Positions 1-8,203 of a stretch of DNA of 32,000 nt are shown in pieces. The DNA comes from Candidatus Saccharimonadota bacterium (lineage in GTDB: Bacteria > Patescibacteriota > Saccharimonadia > Saccharimonadales > Saccharimonadaceae), in contig DIRZ01000002.1 in NCBI GenBank assembly GCA_002421785.1, positions 270,001-302,000 of the forward strand. The letters are read 5' to 3'. The notes beneath the pieces were generated by a model. It had not been told where the DNA came from and did no database searches. It worked only from the letters and a program-made list of their open reading frames with translations. A program made the position numbers and the translations under genes. Numbering within the stretch: the first letter of the stretch is position 1; every line of letters starts with the position of its first letter.

Positions 1-18
1 ACGGAGTGTCTTAGACAT
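1..18 (-). CDS. 5' end of a leftward CDS that leaves the window (MSKTLR...)
   Basis: ATG (complement of 16-18) follows AAGGAGAG (complement of 21-28) by 2 nt (4 nt after the AGGAG core). The 62-90 promoter points this way. Only 6 codons are visible. Confidence 0.3.
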
Positions 19-61
19 TTCTCTCCTTTTTGACGTACAACAGGTAATTCCTATCAATTAT

Positions 62-90
62 ATTATACAAATAAAATGTATAAATGTCAA
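62..90 (-). promoter_or_regulatory. sigma70-type promoter firing leftward
   Basis: Minus strand reads TTGACA (90-85), 17-nt spacer, TATAAT (67-62). Confidence 0.5.
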
Positions 91-102
91 TGCACCTCTA
101 TC

Positions 103-111
103 TGTTATAAT
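103..111 (+). promoter_or_regulatory. extended -10 (TGtTATAAT) for tRNA-Ser
   Basis: TGTTATAAT ends 8 nt before the tRNA 5' end at 120. No good -35 was seen. Confidence 0.45.
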
Positions 112-119
112 ACAATTAT

Positions 120-211
120 GGAGAGGTGTCCGAGTGGTTGAAGGAGCACGCCTGGAAAGTGTGTGTGCGGGGCAACTCGTACCGTGAGTTCGAATCTCAT
201 CCTCTCCGCCA
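120..211 (+). tRNA. tRNA-Ser (anticodon GGA), long variable arm, CCA encoded
   Basis: Acceptor GGAGAGG/CCTCTCC. Anticodon stem CACGC/GTGTG with loop CTGGAAA. Long variable arm. T arm GTGAG-TTCGAAT-CTCAT. Discriminator G followed by CCA. Confidence 0.93.
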
Positions 212-216
212 AATTC

Positions 217-244
217 AAATGACGAGGCCCTAGCCTGGTCATTT
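217..244 (+). terminator. hairpin downstream of the tRNA
   Basis: AAATGAC...GTCATTT outer stem with AGGC/GCCT inner stem, followed by TAATTT. Confidence 0.4.
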
Positions 245-387
245 TAATTTGCACGCGATGGACTGAGGTTTGAACTCACGGGTTTTGCAAAGCAAAACGA
301 CCGTGCGGTTCGGCGTAGCGCCGTGAAATTCTGGAAAAGCTAGCTTTTGCCAGAATGAGCCAGTGGAGGAGCGAGCTCGCGAGCGAT

Positions 388-400
388 ATCTCATCCTCTC
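388..400 (+). repeat. 13-nt direct repeat of the tRNA-Ser 3' end (copy of 194-206)
   Basis: ATCTCATCCTCTC occurs at 194-206 inside the tRNA and again at 388-400. The flanks are also similar (GAGTTCGAATCTC vs GAGCGATATCTC). Confidence 0.6.
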
Positions 401-404
401 TGTA

Positions 405-1271
405 TTAGATTTGCGCTAGCTGTGTGAGTGCGCTCGCCTCACGATCATGTCGAGAATATACTCTAAACAAAGGCATCGTTACTTCTCTGGGTATGTCGAA
501 GAGCGTCTTTCCGTCAGTAGTTGCGCTTACGCGTACGTCACGCGCCTGCACATCGCCCCTGTTGTTTATTTGTTTGAAGCGTTCTACGGCGTGTCGTATC
601 GCGTCTGAAAGTGAGCATGCTGGAATGATTTCACAGTAGTCATTCTCACCTTCTCTTCGCCATGCGGACTCGATACTCACTTGGTACATATTGATTGGCG
701 TGGTTTCGCTCATCACCACACTTCGTTGACGGCGGAGTTCATCTAGCGTTGCCTCGGTGGCTGCGATGTGTTCATCCAATTTATGGAGTGAGTAGCCACG
801 GATGTCAAACTCATCAGTTTTGCTAGTGAGAGCCTGTCGGTATTCTTGGTCTAGGACATCCACTAGGTTACGAACCTGGTGAAGGTCTGCGGGGTCAACA
901 ATCAAATGGCCCTTTCCGTCTGCAATATGTTTGTTCGTAGTATCAAAGACAATCCAAATCGCAGGGTCACGTTGGTCAGGAGTTTTAACATATATATTGC
1001 AGAGCCCGTAGTCTTGAATGTTGCGGCCTGCAAAAACAGTTGCAAAGTCAGTTTCAGATTCGCTGCTGATGTTGAGTTGAACTTCGGGGGTGAACACAAA
1101 GGTATTGTCGGGGGCCACTTCTGTCGGCTCGCCATACCTGTCTACGAGCATATTGCTCGCCGCAATCAGCACGCTCGGGTCCCGTAGTGCATCATGCTGA
1201 CCGGTGTCTTGATCTATTCTTTGATCGTCCAAAGCAAGGCGCTCGCCAGTTTTAAATTTTGTCAATGGCAC
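405..1271 (-). CDS. hypothetical protein, 288 aa, no family recognised
   Basis: Long ORF with a GTG start 7 nt after AAGGAG. Opposite-strand ORFs are short. No motif identified. Confidence 0.65.
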   Translation of the reverse strand: MPLTKFKTGERLALDDQRIDQDTGQHDALRDPSVLIAASNMLVDRYGEPTEVAPDNTFVFTPEVQLNISSESETDFATVFAGRNIQDYGLCNIYVKTPDQRDPAIWIVFDTTNKHIADGKGHLIVDPADLHQVRNLVDVLDQEYRQALTSKTDEFDIRGYSLHKLDEHIAATEATLDELRRQRSVVMSETTPINMYQVSIESAWRREGENDYCEIIPACSLSDAIRHAVERFKQINNRGDVQARDVRVSATTDGKTLFDIPREVTMPLFRVYSRHDREASALTQLAQI

Positions 1272-1356
1272 AGAACTTCTCCTTTATTATGCCGCAATTA
1301 TACCTACCTCAATAAAGGAGCGCAAACAAGAGCGTTATAAGGTGATGCGACGGCAG

Positions 1357-2565
1357 CTAGGAGCGACCAAAGATTTCTTTAATCGAGAGTTTGCGACTGT
1401 ATTCCAGCGCGCCGTAGCGGAACAGTCGAATCGCGATGAACATTACTACTACAGCGGTAATCGTAAGCAGGGTAATGCTTAGTGCAGCCTCGCTACCCGA
1501 GAGATTTCCCACGGCATTACGCAACATTAGGGGGATGGGCGAGGTGAGCGGGAAGGTAGATAGGAACTGAACGAGCGAATTGTCGGGATTGGAAATAAAG
1601 AGTGATACGGCGTAGAGTGGCCCAAAGATCAACATCATGACGATGCCGAAGAACTGCCCTGCTTCCTTGGCGGTAGGAACGGCGGCGCCCACAGCAACTA
1701 ACAGTCCGGTGAACATCATGAAACTGGCTGCAAAGATAGCCGCGCCCACGCCGATGCGTCCCCAGTTGACGGGAAGTGTAGTCAGGTCAACAAACGGCAA
1801 GTTGAGCTGGTCGTGAAACAGCAGATACCCTATGAGGGCCGGCAGGATGATAATGAGACCCTGAATGAACGCCAGGATAATCAGCGAGATGATTTTGCCG
1901 ATAATCAGTGTGCGCGCTTCGATGGTCGTGAGTATCATTTCAATGACGCGGTTTTCTTTTTCCTCCGTGGTACTGGTAAGCATCTGGTTGCCAAAGAACG
2001 AAATGAGCAGATAGAACAGCACTAGGAAGATACCTGGCAGGATCATTTCCTTCAGTCCGTCATACGAATTGCCATCTTTGTAGGCAGTAAAGGTGGTGTT
2101 CGTTGTCCCCTTCACAACAGAACGAAGTTCGGGACTAATATTACTTTCTGCTGATAGCTGAAGGAGGCTATTGGCGACACCGGTATATTTGCCGTTATCG
2201 AAGAGTCCGGCTTCTTTGCCATATACTTCCACGGCTTGGGTGGCAAGGTTGGCGGGGTAGTAAAAGTAGGCATCATATTCACCTGTTTTCACTGCATCAA
2301 TCCCGGTCTGCTTGTTATCAACTGTTGTAGCATTTACAGCGGCAAGGTACTCTGGCTTTATGAGGCCAGAATCGTCAGTCACGGCGATGCTGAACTTCTG
2401 CTTCTCTAGGTCTTTGGCGGCATCACTGGTGGCTTGGTTCGACAAGAAGATAATGCCGAAGATTGCGGCAAACATGACAGGGAAGCCAATAGCCATAATC
2501 CAAAACGACTTCTTTTTGAGGGTGCGCACGATTTCGAAGCGCATGACAGTGCCGAGATTATACAT
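1357..2565 (-). CDS. ABC-2 family transporter permease (NatB-like)
   Basis: 402 aa: N-terminal TM helix, large extracytoplasmic loop, then a C-terminal bundle of about 5 TM helices. AGGAGGA lies 5 nt before the ATG. Overlaps the upstream ATPase gene by 8 nt. Confidence 0.85.
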   Translation of the reverse strand: MYNLGTVMRFEIVRTLKKKSFWIMAIGFPVMFAAIFGIIFLSNQATSDAAKDLEKQKFSIAVTDDSGLIKPEYLAAVNATTVDNKQTGIDAVKTGEYDAYFYYPANLATQAVEVYGKEAGLFDNGKYTGVANSLLQLSAESNISPELRSVVKGTTNTTFTAYKDGNSYDGLKEMILPGIFLVLFYLLISFFGNQMLTSTTEEKENRVIEMILTTIEARTLIIGKIISLIILAFIQGLIIILPALIGYLLFHDQLNLPFVDLTTLPVNWGRIGVGAAIFAASFMMFTGLLVAVGAAVPTAKEAGQFFGIVMMLIFGPLYAVSLFISNPDNSLVQFLSTFPLTSPIPLMLRNAVGNLSGSEAALSITLLTITAVVVMFIAIRLFRYGALEYSRKLSIKEIFGRS

Positions 2566-3298
2566 TGATTTCCTCCTGGTTTTCGTCGCCGTAGACCGAC
2601 AAGAATATACTATTCAGCGATTTACCCCCGAACGTGGCGCGGACGTCTGCCACAGTGCCGTAGGCACGGGCTTTGCCGTCCTTTAACAGAATAATGCGAT
2701 CGCACAGTCGTTCGACTTCTTCCATTTGGTGAGTCACCATCACGACAGTGGCGCCTTTTTGCTGGTGCTCTTCGATGATATCCATCAGTAGCTTGCGGTT
2801 GACGGGATCAAAGCCCTTGGTTGGCTCGTCGAGGATAAGGAGCTCCGGACTGCCCATGACGGTGATGCCGAGCTGCACTTTTTGCTGCTGGCCACCACTG
2901 AGTTTGTCGAGACGGGTGTTGGCTTTGTCTTGCAGTTTGACACGCTCCAAAAAAGCGATAGCTTCTTGCTTGGCCTGAATGCGGCTGAGTCCTTTTAGCT
3001 GGCCAAAGTACACCATGACATCGAGCACAGGCTCCTTTTTGTACAGGCCTCGCTCTTCAGGCAAGTAGCCGAGCTTTACGTCACCCGATACACTATACGG
3101 CTTGCCTTCGATAAGTAACTCACCTTCGGTCTGGGGGTATATACCTAGCAGGGCACGGATGGTAGTGGTTTTGCCACTGCCGTTGCTACCGAGCAGGCCA
3201 AAGGTCTCGCCGCGCTTGACGGTAAAGCTGAGGTTATTAATAACGGCCGTGGTGCCAAACTTCATAGAGAAGTTTTTGATAGAGATAATGTTCGACAT
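2558..3298 (-). CDS. ABC transporter ATP-binding protein (NatA-like)
   Basis: Walker A GSNGSGKTT, signature LSGGQQQK, Walker B LLILDEP, H-loop VTHQ. Confidence 0.93.
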   Translation of the reverse strand: MSNIISIKNFSMKFGTTAVINNLSFTVKRGETFGLLGSNGSGKTTTIRALLGIYPQTEGELLIEGKPYSVSGDVKLGYLPEERGLYKKEPVLDVMVYFGQLKGLSRIQAKQEAIAFLERVKLQDKANTRLDKLSGGQQQKVQLGITVMGSPELLILDEPTKGFDPVNRKLLMDIIEEHQQKGATVVMVTHQMEEVERLCDRIILLKDGKARAYGTVADVRATFGGKSLNSIFLSVYGDENQEEINV

Positions 3299-3321
3299 AT
3301 ACCTAGTATACTAGCATTAGT

Positions 3322-3744
3322 ATGAATGACTTAAACAACCTTACACCTGTGAATATTAGTCAGCCAGTAAAAAGTGACGCACCCGCCCATCCGTTACGCG
3401 CATGGCATATCATGTACACCATACTGGGGGTTCTTATCGTAGCGCTATTTGTGGTAGGTGGGTTACAGCTCGCTCTTTATGAAATGTCTCCCGCAAGAGG
3501 CGGCACGGCGGGACTGAGTGTCGCGATATTTCTGCTGTATGGTGTGATAGCCTGTGTGGCTCTGGGAAGCGCGGCACTGTTTACGCTACCTTTTTATATT
3601 ATGGCGCGCAAGAGGGTAGTACAGAGTGGTGCAGTGGCAGTACCCCAGAAAAAAGTACGAATCGGAGTCATTGCCGCAGTTATCGTCTTCGGTTTGGTAG
3701 TTGCGCTTGTGGCACTGATTGTGTCGTCGTTCCTAGGTATTTAG
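3322..3744 (+). CDS. small multi-pass membrane protein, unknown function
   Basis: 140 aa with 3-4 hydrophobic helices. No family recognised. Confidence 0.65.
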   Translation: MNDLNNLTPVNISQPVKSDAPAHPLRAWHIMYTILGVLIVALFVVGGLQLALYEMSPARGGTAGLSVAIFLLYGVIACVALGSAALFTLPFYIMARKRVVQSGAVAVPQKKVRIGVIAAVIVFGLVVALVALIVSSFLGI

Positions 3745-3813
3745 TTTTTGCACCGCACACATTTTTGCCATTGAAAATAGTCGGCACGCACGTGCCTGCT
3801 ATAATAATGAGCA

Positions 3814-5235
3814 ATGGCAATGGGGAGCAAAAAACTAGGGATACTCGCCGCAACCGCGGGTTTTGTACTGATGGTGTTCGAAATTGCGGCAGCGCGGATA
3901 CTTGCCCCGAGCATTGGTAGCTCGACGTATGTGTGGACGAGCGTGATTGGGGTTATTATTATGGCACTGAGCGTGGGGTATTGGGCTGGTGGGCGAATTG
4001 CCGACAGGCGCAATAACCCAAATGACATCGCGCGGCTTTTTTTGGCACTTTCACTCACGATTACTTTTGCTATGATTATGTACCCGGGTTTCCTGTCTTC
4101 GGTCGCTGAGTGGACAATCGACGTACGATTCAGCGCCGTCATCGCATCGCTGGTGTTGTTTGCGCCAACAAGCTTGCTCGCAGGGGCGGTAAGTCCTTAC
4201 CTCGCCAAGTTAAATGTTCGCTCGCTCGCGTCGTCGGGAAGTGCGGTAGCAGACCTAGGGGCCCTGAACTCTCTGGGTGGTATTGCGGGCACGTTCCTGA
4301 CAGGCTTTGTATTGTTTGGCTTTATGGGCGTGCGTGACGTAATGGCGGTGCTTGCTATAGGCGCGCTCGTGGTTAGTTGGTGGGCTCGGGGAGGGCGAAA
4401 CCGCCGTGAAACCTTGTTGATGGTTGCGGCGCTGGTGCTAGCTATGCTTGCGTGGCCAGGTTCGGGGGTATTAGCAATCGACACACCGAGTGCGCACTAT
4501 ACCATCGAAGATGCGACACTAAGTAGTGGTCATACGGTGCGGACGCTCGCCACTGGCCCGGGTGGCAAGCAATCCGGCATTATTGTAGGTAGCCCGACGG
4601 AATTAGCCTTCTGGTATACGCGCGAGATTGCTACGGTCATCGACCTACAGCCAGCCAAGCAGCGCATTGCTGTGCTTGGCGGCGGCGCTTACACGCTGCC
4701 TGCGTATCTTGCCCAGAAGTACCCTGACTCACAGATTGACGCAGTCGAAATTGATCCCAAATTACTTCCCATTGCCCAGGAGTACTTTGAGTATAGCCCT
4801 GCGAAAAACGTGGGTCATATTGCGATGGATGCTCGAACGTTTATTAACGGCGTGAAGCTGCCCTACGATATTGTGGTGGTCGACGTGTTTGGCGACGACA
4901 GCATCCCCGAGAGCCTCATGACGGCAGAGTATGGGCGCGCGCTGAAGCGTGCGGTTACTCCCGGTGGTGTGGTTATCATTAACGCGATAGCTGGCACTGG
5001 GGGGACATGCCTCGAGCTGTTCCAGGCTGTGAGCCGCCCCTACCTCGATAATTTTGCGACCGGATATTATTTGCCACGTATCAACGACGGGGGTCGTTCA
5101 AACATCACCGCGGTATTCGGCTCTCACCCGAAGGTGCCGTCAAACTACATCCCCACAGGGCCCGCGACGGGGCCAATCTATACAGACGATTACAACCCCA
5201 CGATGCGTGTCCAGTTTGCGTGCGAGCGCCGTTAA
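3814..5235 (+). CDS. membrane-fused spermidine synthase-like (aminopropyl/methyltransferase fold) protein
   Basis: N-terminal half is a multi-TM domain. C-terminal half has VLGGGAYTLP...IDAVEIDP...VVDVF, typical of the SpeE-like Rossmann fold. Confidence 0.85.
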   Translation: MAMGSKKLGILAATAGFVLMVFEIAAARILAPSIGSSTYVWTSVIGVIIMALSVGYWAGGRIADRRNNPNDIARLFLALSLTITFAMIMYPGFLSSVAEWTIDVRFSAVIASLVLFAPTSLLAGAVSPYLAKLNVRSLASSGSAVADLGALNSLGGIAGTFLTGFVLFGFMGVRDVMAVLAIGALVVSWWARGGRNRRETLLMVAALVLAMLAWPGSGVLAIDTPSAHYTIEDATLSSGHTVRTLATGPGGKQSGIIVGSPTELAFWYTREIATVIDLQPAKQRIAVLGGGAYTLPAYLAQKYPDSQIDAVEIDPKLLPIAQEYFEYSPAKNVGHIAMDARTFINGVKLPYDIVVVDVFGDDSIPESLMTAEYGRALKRAVTPGGVVIINAIAGTGGTCLELFQAVSRPYLDNFATGYYLPRINDGGRSNITAVFGSHPKVPSNYIPTGPATGPIYTDDYNPTMRVQFACERR

Positions 5236-5320
5236 CGGAAGTTTATTTTTGTAGTAAATACTACAATAGGGGTCATGAAGTGTTAGAGCGGGCGTTGCCA
5301 AAAATACATGGTGAAAACGC

Positions 5321-5349
5321 TTGAAAATGCTATATATAGCGTTTATATT
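5321..5349 (+). promoter_or_regulatory. candidate nrdA promoter
   Basis: TTGAAA (5321-5326), 17-nt spacer, TATATT (5344-5349). The spacer is filled by NrdR-like box 1. Confidence 0.5.
5327..5342 (+). promoter_or_regulatory. NrdR-box-like palindrome 1
   Basis: ATGCTATATATAGCGT contains the perfect palindrome GCTATATATAGC. It resembles the NrdR box acaCwAtATaTwGtgt as I remember it. Confidence 0.55.
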
Positions 5350-5358
5350 TATAGACAG

Positions 5359-5374
5359 ACACTACATATGTAGT
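5359..5374 (+). promoter_or_regulatory. NrdR-box-like palindrome 2
   Basis: ACACTACATATGTAGT contains the palindrome CTACATATGTAG. It starts 32 nt after box 1, about three helical turns. Confidence 0.5.
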
Positions 5375-5515
5375 AGTTCAGCAAAATAGACACACACGCA
5401 AGGAAGTTGTAAAGCTAGCAGTCACCACTCTAGTGGCGGTTTTCTTGTGTAGCCTTTGGGAGGTGGTGTGTGTAAGCGAAGGTACTAACCATAACATATA
5501 AAAGGGATAGGGTAG

Positions 5516-7924
5516 ATGACGAATATCCAAGTCGTAAAACGCGACGGCACCCGTGAGCCGTTCGACGCCAACAAGATTAACCTGGCGCTCGTAAAGGCAA
5601 GCGAAGGCCTGCCAGATCAGATTCAAAAAGTAGTGCAGGTTGCTACCGAGCTACAATTAACGTTGTTTGATGGAATTACCACCGAAGAGCTTGATGAGGC
5701 GGTGATTCATACCGCGCTACAGAACGTAAAAGATGATCCAGATTTCGATACCATCGCTGCGCGCCTGTTGCTGAAGAACATATACAAAAATATCCTTGGT
5801 GACTATGCTGATGATGCTGAACTAAAAAAACTTCACACCAAAAAATTCCCTGAGTATTTGAAATTTGGGGTAAAGGAAGGCCTACTCGACAAAAGGATGG
5901 CGGACAGCAAACTGTTCGACCTGAAGAAACTTGCCGAAGCGCTCGACCCTAGCCGAGATGGACTGAGTAAATACCTGGGTGTTATTACGAACAAAAACCG
6001 CTACGCGCTCCGCAAGCAAAACGGTGACCCGATTGAAACGCCACAGTTCACTCATATGCGCATTGCAATGGGGTTGAGCTTCAACGAAAAAGACCCAACC
6101 GCTGCAGCACTCGACTTCTACCGACACATGAGCAACCTGGATTACTTGCCTGGCGGCAGTACTCGAGTTAACGCCGGTGGGTCATTCCCGCAACTTTCTA
6201 ACTGTTTTGTGATTGATGTCGAAGACGACATGGAAAGCATCGCAAAAAGCGTCCGCGACACTATGTGGATTGCTAAGGGTACAGGCGGTATTGGTATTAG
6301 CATGAACAAACTGCGCGCCGCAGGGAGTCCTGTTAAAACGACCAACACCGTCAGCACTGGACCGCTGCCATTTATGAAAATGATTGATACGGCACTCTTT
6401 GCCGTCAGCCGTAAGGGTAAAAAAGCAGGGGCAGCCGCCATTTATATGGAAAACTGGCACCTCAACTTCCCGCAGTTTATGGAACTTCGCCAAAACAGCG
6501 GTGACCCATACTTCCGCACTCGTTTTGCGAACATTGCCGTGTATATTAGCGATGAGTTTATGAAACGTGTTGCTAAGGAGCAAGATTGGTACATGTTCGA
6601 CCCAGCAGAAACCGCTGATTTGTCAGAACTCTACGGCGAAGCATTTAGTAAACGCTATGCAGAATATGTAAAACTAGCCGAAGCAGGAAAGCTCCGTGAA
6701 TTCAAAAAAGTGCCCGCTCGTCAGCAATGGCGACAGATTCTGACGACACTACAGGCAAGTAGTCACCCGTGGATTACCTGGAAAGACACCATTAATACCC
6801 GCGCGCTGAACAACAATACAAGCACCATCCACAGTAGCAACTTGTGTACTGAAATTACACTGCCAAATGATGCGAAAAACATCAGCGTGTGTAATCTCGT
6901 GAGCATCAACCTAAGCGCCTTCCTGGACATCGAAACGAAGCAGTGGGACTGGGACCGCCTAGAGTCCGCCAGCCGAAGTGCTATTCGCCAGCTCGATAAC
7001 CTTTGCGACGTGACTGATACGCCAATTCCAGAAGCTATCAATAGTATCCGCACCACTCGTGCACTCGGCCTCGGTATTATGGGCTTTACTGATGTCATCG
7101 AAAAGCTTGGGTACAGTTACGAAAGCGAAAGTGCCTACGATACGATGGATCAGTTGACGGAGTTTATTAGCTACTACGCTATTGACGAAAGCGCCGAGCT
7201 GGCTAAGGTAAAGGGAAGTTATCCAGATTTCAAGGGAAGTGGTTGGAGCAAAGGCTTGCTGCCAATCGACACCGTTGATTTGCTTGCCAAGGACCGTAAA
7301 GTCAAGGTCGACATGACCCGCAAGACTCGCCTGGACTGGGAAGCACTTCGTGCAAAGACTACTAAAGGCATGCGCAACGCAACCTTGATGGCAATCGCGC
7401 CAACCGCAAACATTGCACATGTTGCCGGTACGACCCCAGGTATTGATCCACAATTCGGCCAGATCTTCAGCCGCAGCACGCTGAACGGCAAATTCCTCGA
7501 AGTAAACGGTAATCTGGTTCGTGACCTTAAAAAACTGGGCCTTTGGGACGAAGTGAAGGAACAATTGCTTGTGGAGCAGGGCGACCTGACGAACATCGAT
7601 GTCATTCCACAGGCACTCAAGGATGTATACAAAACCTGCTTCCAGTTGTCGCCATTTGCGTTCATCGAAGTCGCCGGTCGCGCCCAAAAATGGGTCGACC
7701 AGGCAATTAGCCGCAATATGTACCTGGAAACCCGCAGCATTGATGACATGGAAAAAGTGTACATGGAAGCATGGAAGCGCGGCCTTAAGACTACCTACTA
7801 CTTGCACATGAAGCCACGTCACCAGGCCGAACAGAGCACGACTCGTGTAAACAAAGCCGAAACCGCCCCAGGCGGCGGCGCACGAAAAGCTGGATTTGGA
7901 TTCGCGAAGAAACAATCAGTATAA
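5516..7924 (+). CDS. nrdA: ribonucleoside-diphosphate reductase alpha subunit (class I) with one N-terminal ATP-cone
   Basis: ATP-cone VVKRDGTREPFDxxKI. Catalytic motifs LSNCFV, SNLCTEI, VCNLVSINL and the TTYYL tyrosine pair. No Cys in the last 36 aa. Confidence 0.95.
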   Translation: MTNIQVVKRDGTREPFDANKINLALVKASEGLPDQIQKVVQVATELQLTLFDGITTEELDEAVIHTALQNVKDDPDFDTIAARLLLKNIYKNILGDYADDAELKKLHTKKFPEYLKFGVKEGLLDKRMADSKLFDLKKLAEALDPSRDGLSKYLGVITNKNRYALRKQNGDPIETPQFTHMRIAMGLSFNEKDPTAAALDFYRHMSNLDYLPGGSTRVNAGGSFPQLSNCFVIDVEDDMESIAKSVRDTMWIAKGTGGIGISMNKLRAAGSPVKTTNTVSTGPLPFMKMIDTALFAVSRKGKKAGAAAIYMENWHLNFPQFMELRQNSGDPYFRTRFANIAVYISDEFMKRVAKEQDWYMFDPAETADLSELYGEAFSKRYAEYVKLAEAGKLREFKKVPARQQWRQILTTLQASSHPWITWKDTINTRALNNNTSTIHSSNLCTEITLPNDAKNISVCNLVSINLSAFLDIETKQWDWDRLESASRSAIRQLDNLCDVTDTPIPEAINSIRTTRALGLGIMGFTDVIEKLGYSYESESAYDTMDQLTEFISYYAIDESAELAKVKGSYPDFKGSGWSKGLLPIDTVDLLAKDRKVKVDMTRKTRLDWEALRAKTTKGMRNATLMAIAPTANIAHVAGTTPGIDPQFGQIFSRSTLNGKFLEVNGNLVRDLKKLGLWDEVKEQLLVEQGDLTNIDVIPQALKDVYKTCFQLSPFAFIEVAGRAQKWVDQAISRNMYLETRSIDDMEKVYMEAWKRGLKTTYYLHMKPRHQAEQSTTRVNKAETAPGGGARKAGFGFAKKQSV

Positions 7925-7936
7925 GGAGCTATGCAT

Positions 7937-8008
7937 ATGAATGAATCAAACAACTGTACCTGCACCTGCGACTGCTGCAAAGACTGCAAAAGCTGCACAA
8001 CAAAATAA
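7937..8008 (+). CDS. Cys-rich micro-ORF (23 aa from 7937; 25 aa if started at 7931)
   Basis: (MH)MNESNNCTCTCDCCKDCKSCTTK with 7 Cys. AAGGAG (7923-7928) lies 8 nt before the ATG at 7937. In frame with nrdA. Confidence 0.35.
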   Translation: MNESNNCTCTCDCCKDCKSCTTK

Positions 8009-8029
8009 CACAAGCAAAGGGAATCTACT

Positions 8030-8203
8030 ATGAATGCATCACAAATCATCAATGACGAAATGACACTCGAGGAAAAACTCCAGGCAATTAGCGACGCCAT
8101 GGAGCAAGCACAATCAACCGCCAACGAAGCAGCCGCCCGTCGCGGTGAAGTTGCGGCACCTATCGATCCTGCAGACCTAACTATGTGTGAGGGGTGCCAG
8201 TAG
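8030..8203 (+). CDS. 57-aa protein ending ...PADLTMCEGCQ (RNR-tail-like CxxC)
   Basis: ATG preceded by AAAGGGA. In frame with nrdA and the micro-ORF. Too short for the supplied ORF track. Confidence 0.5.
   Translation: MNASQIINDEMTLEEKLQAISDAMEQAQSTANEAAARRGEVAAPIDPADLTMCEGCQ

Noticed and set aside
3741-4142. 133-aa minus-strand ORF overlapping the start of the spermidine-synthase-like gene
   Set aside because: It is antisense to a well supported membrane domain and has no start signals or recognisable features.
5376-5515. Cobalamin or other riboswitch in the nrdA leader
   Set aside because: No B12-box-like sequence or other riboswitch core that I could recognise. Only generic complementary tracts are present.
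6959-7915. 318-aa and 181-aa antisense ORFs inside nrdA
   Set aside because: These are shadow ORFs opposite a very well supported gene. They have no motifs and unusual composition.
7922-8008. Possibility that TAA is recoded as a sense codon, making one long NrdA
   Set aside because: TAA is used as an ordinary stop elsewhere in the window (for example the 3814-5235 gene, argS and the natA-like gene). I know of no TAA reassignment in this kind of lineage. Low-level readthrough cannot be excluded.
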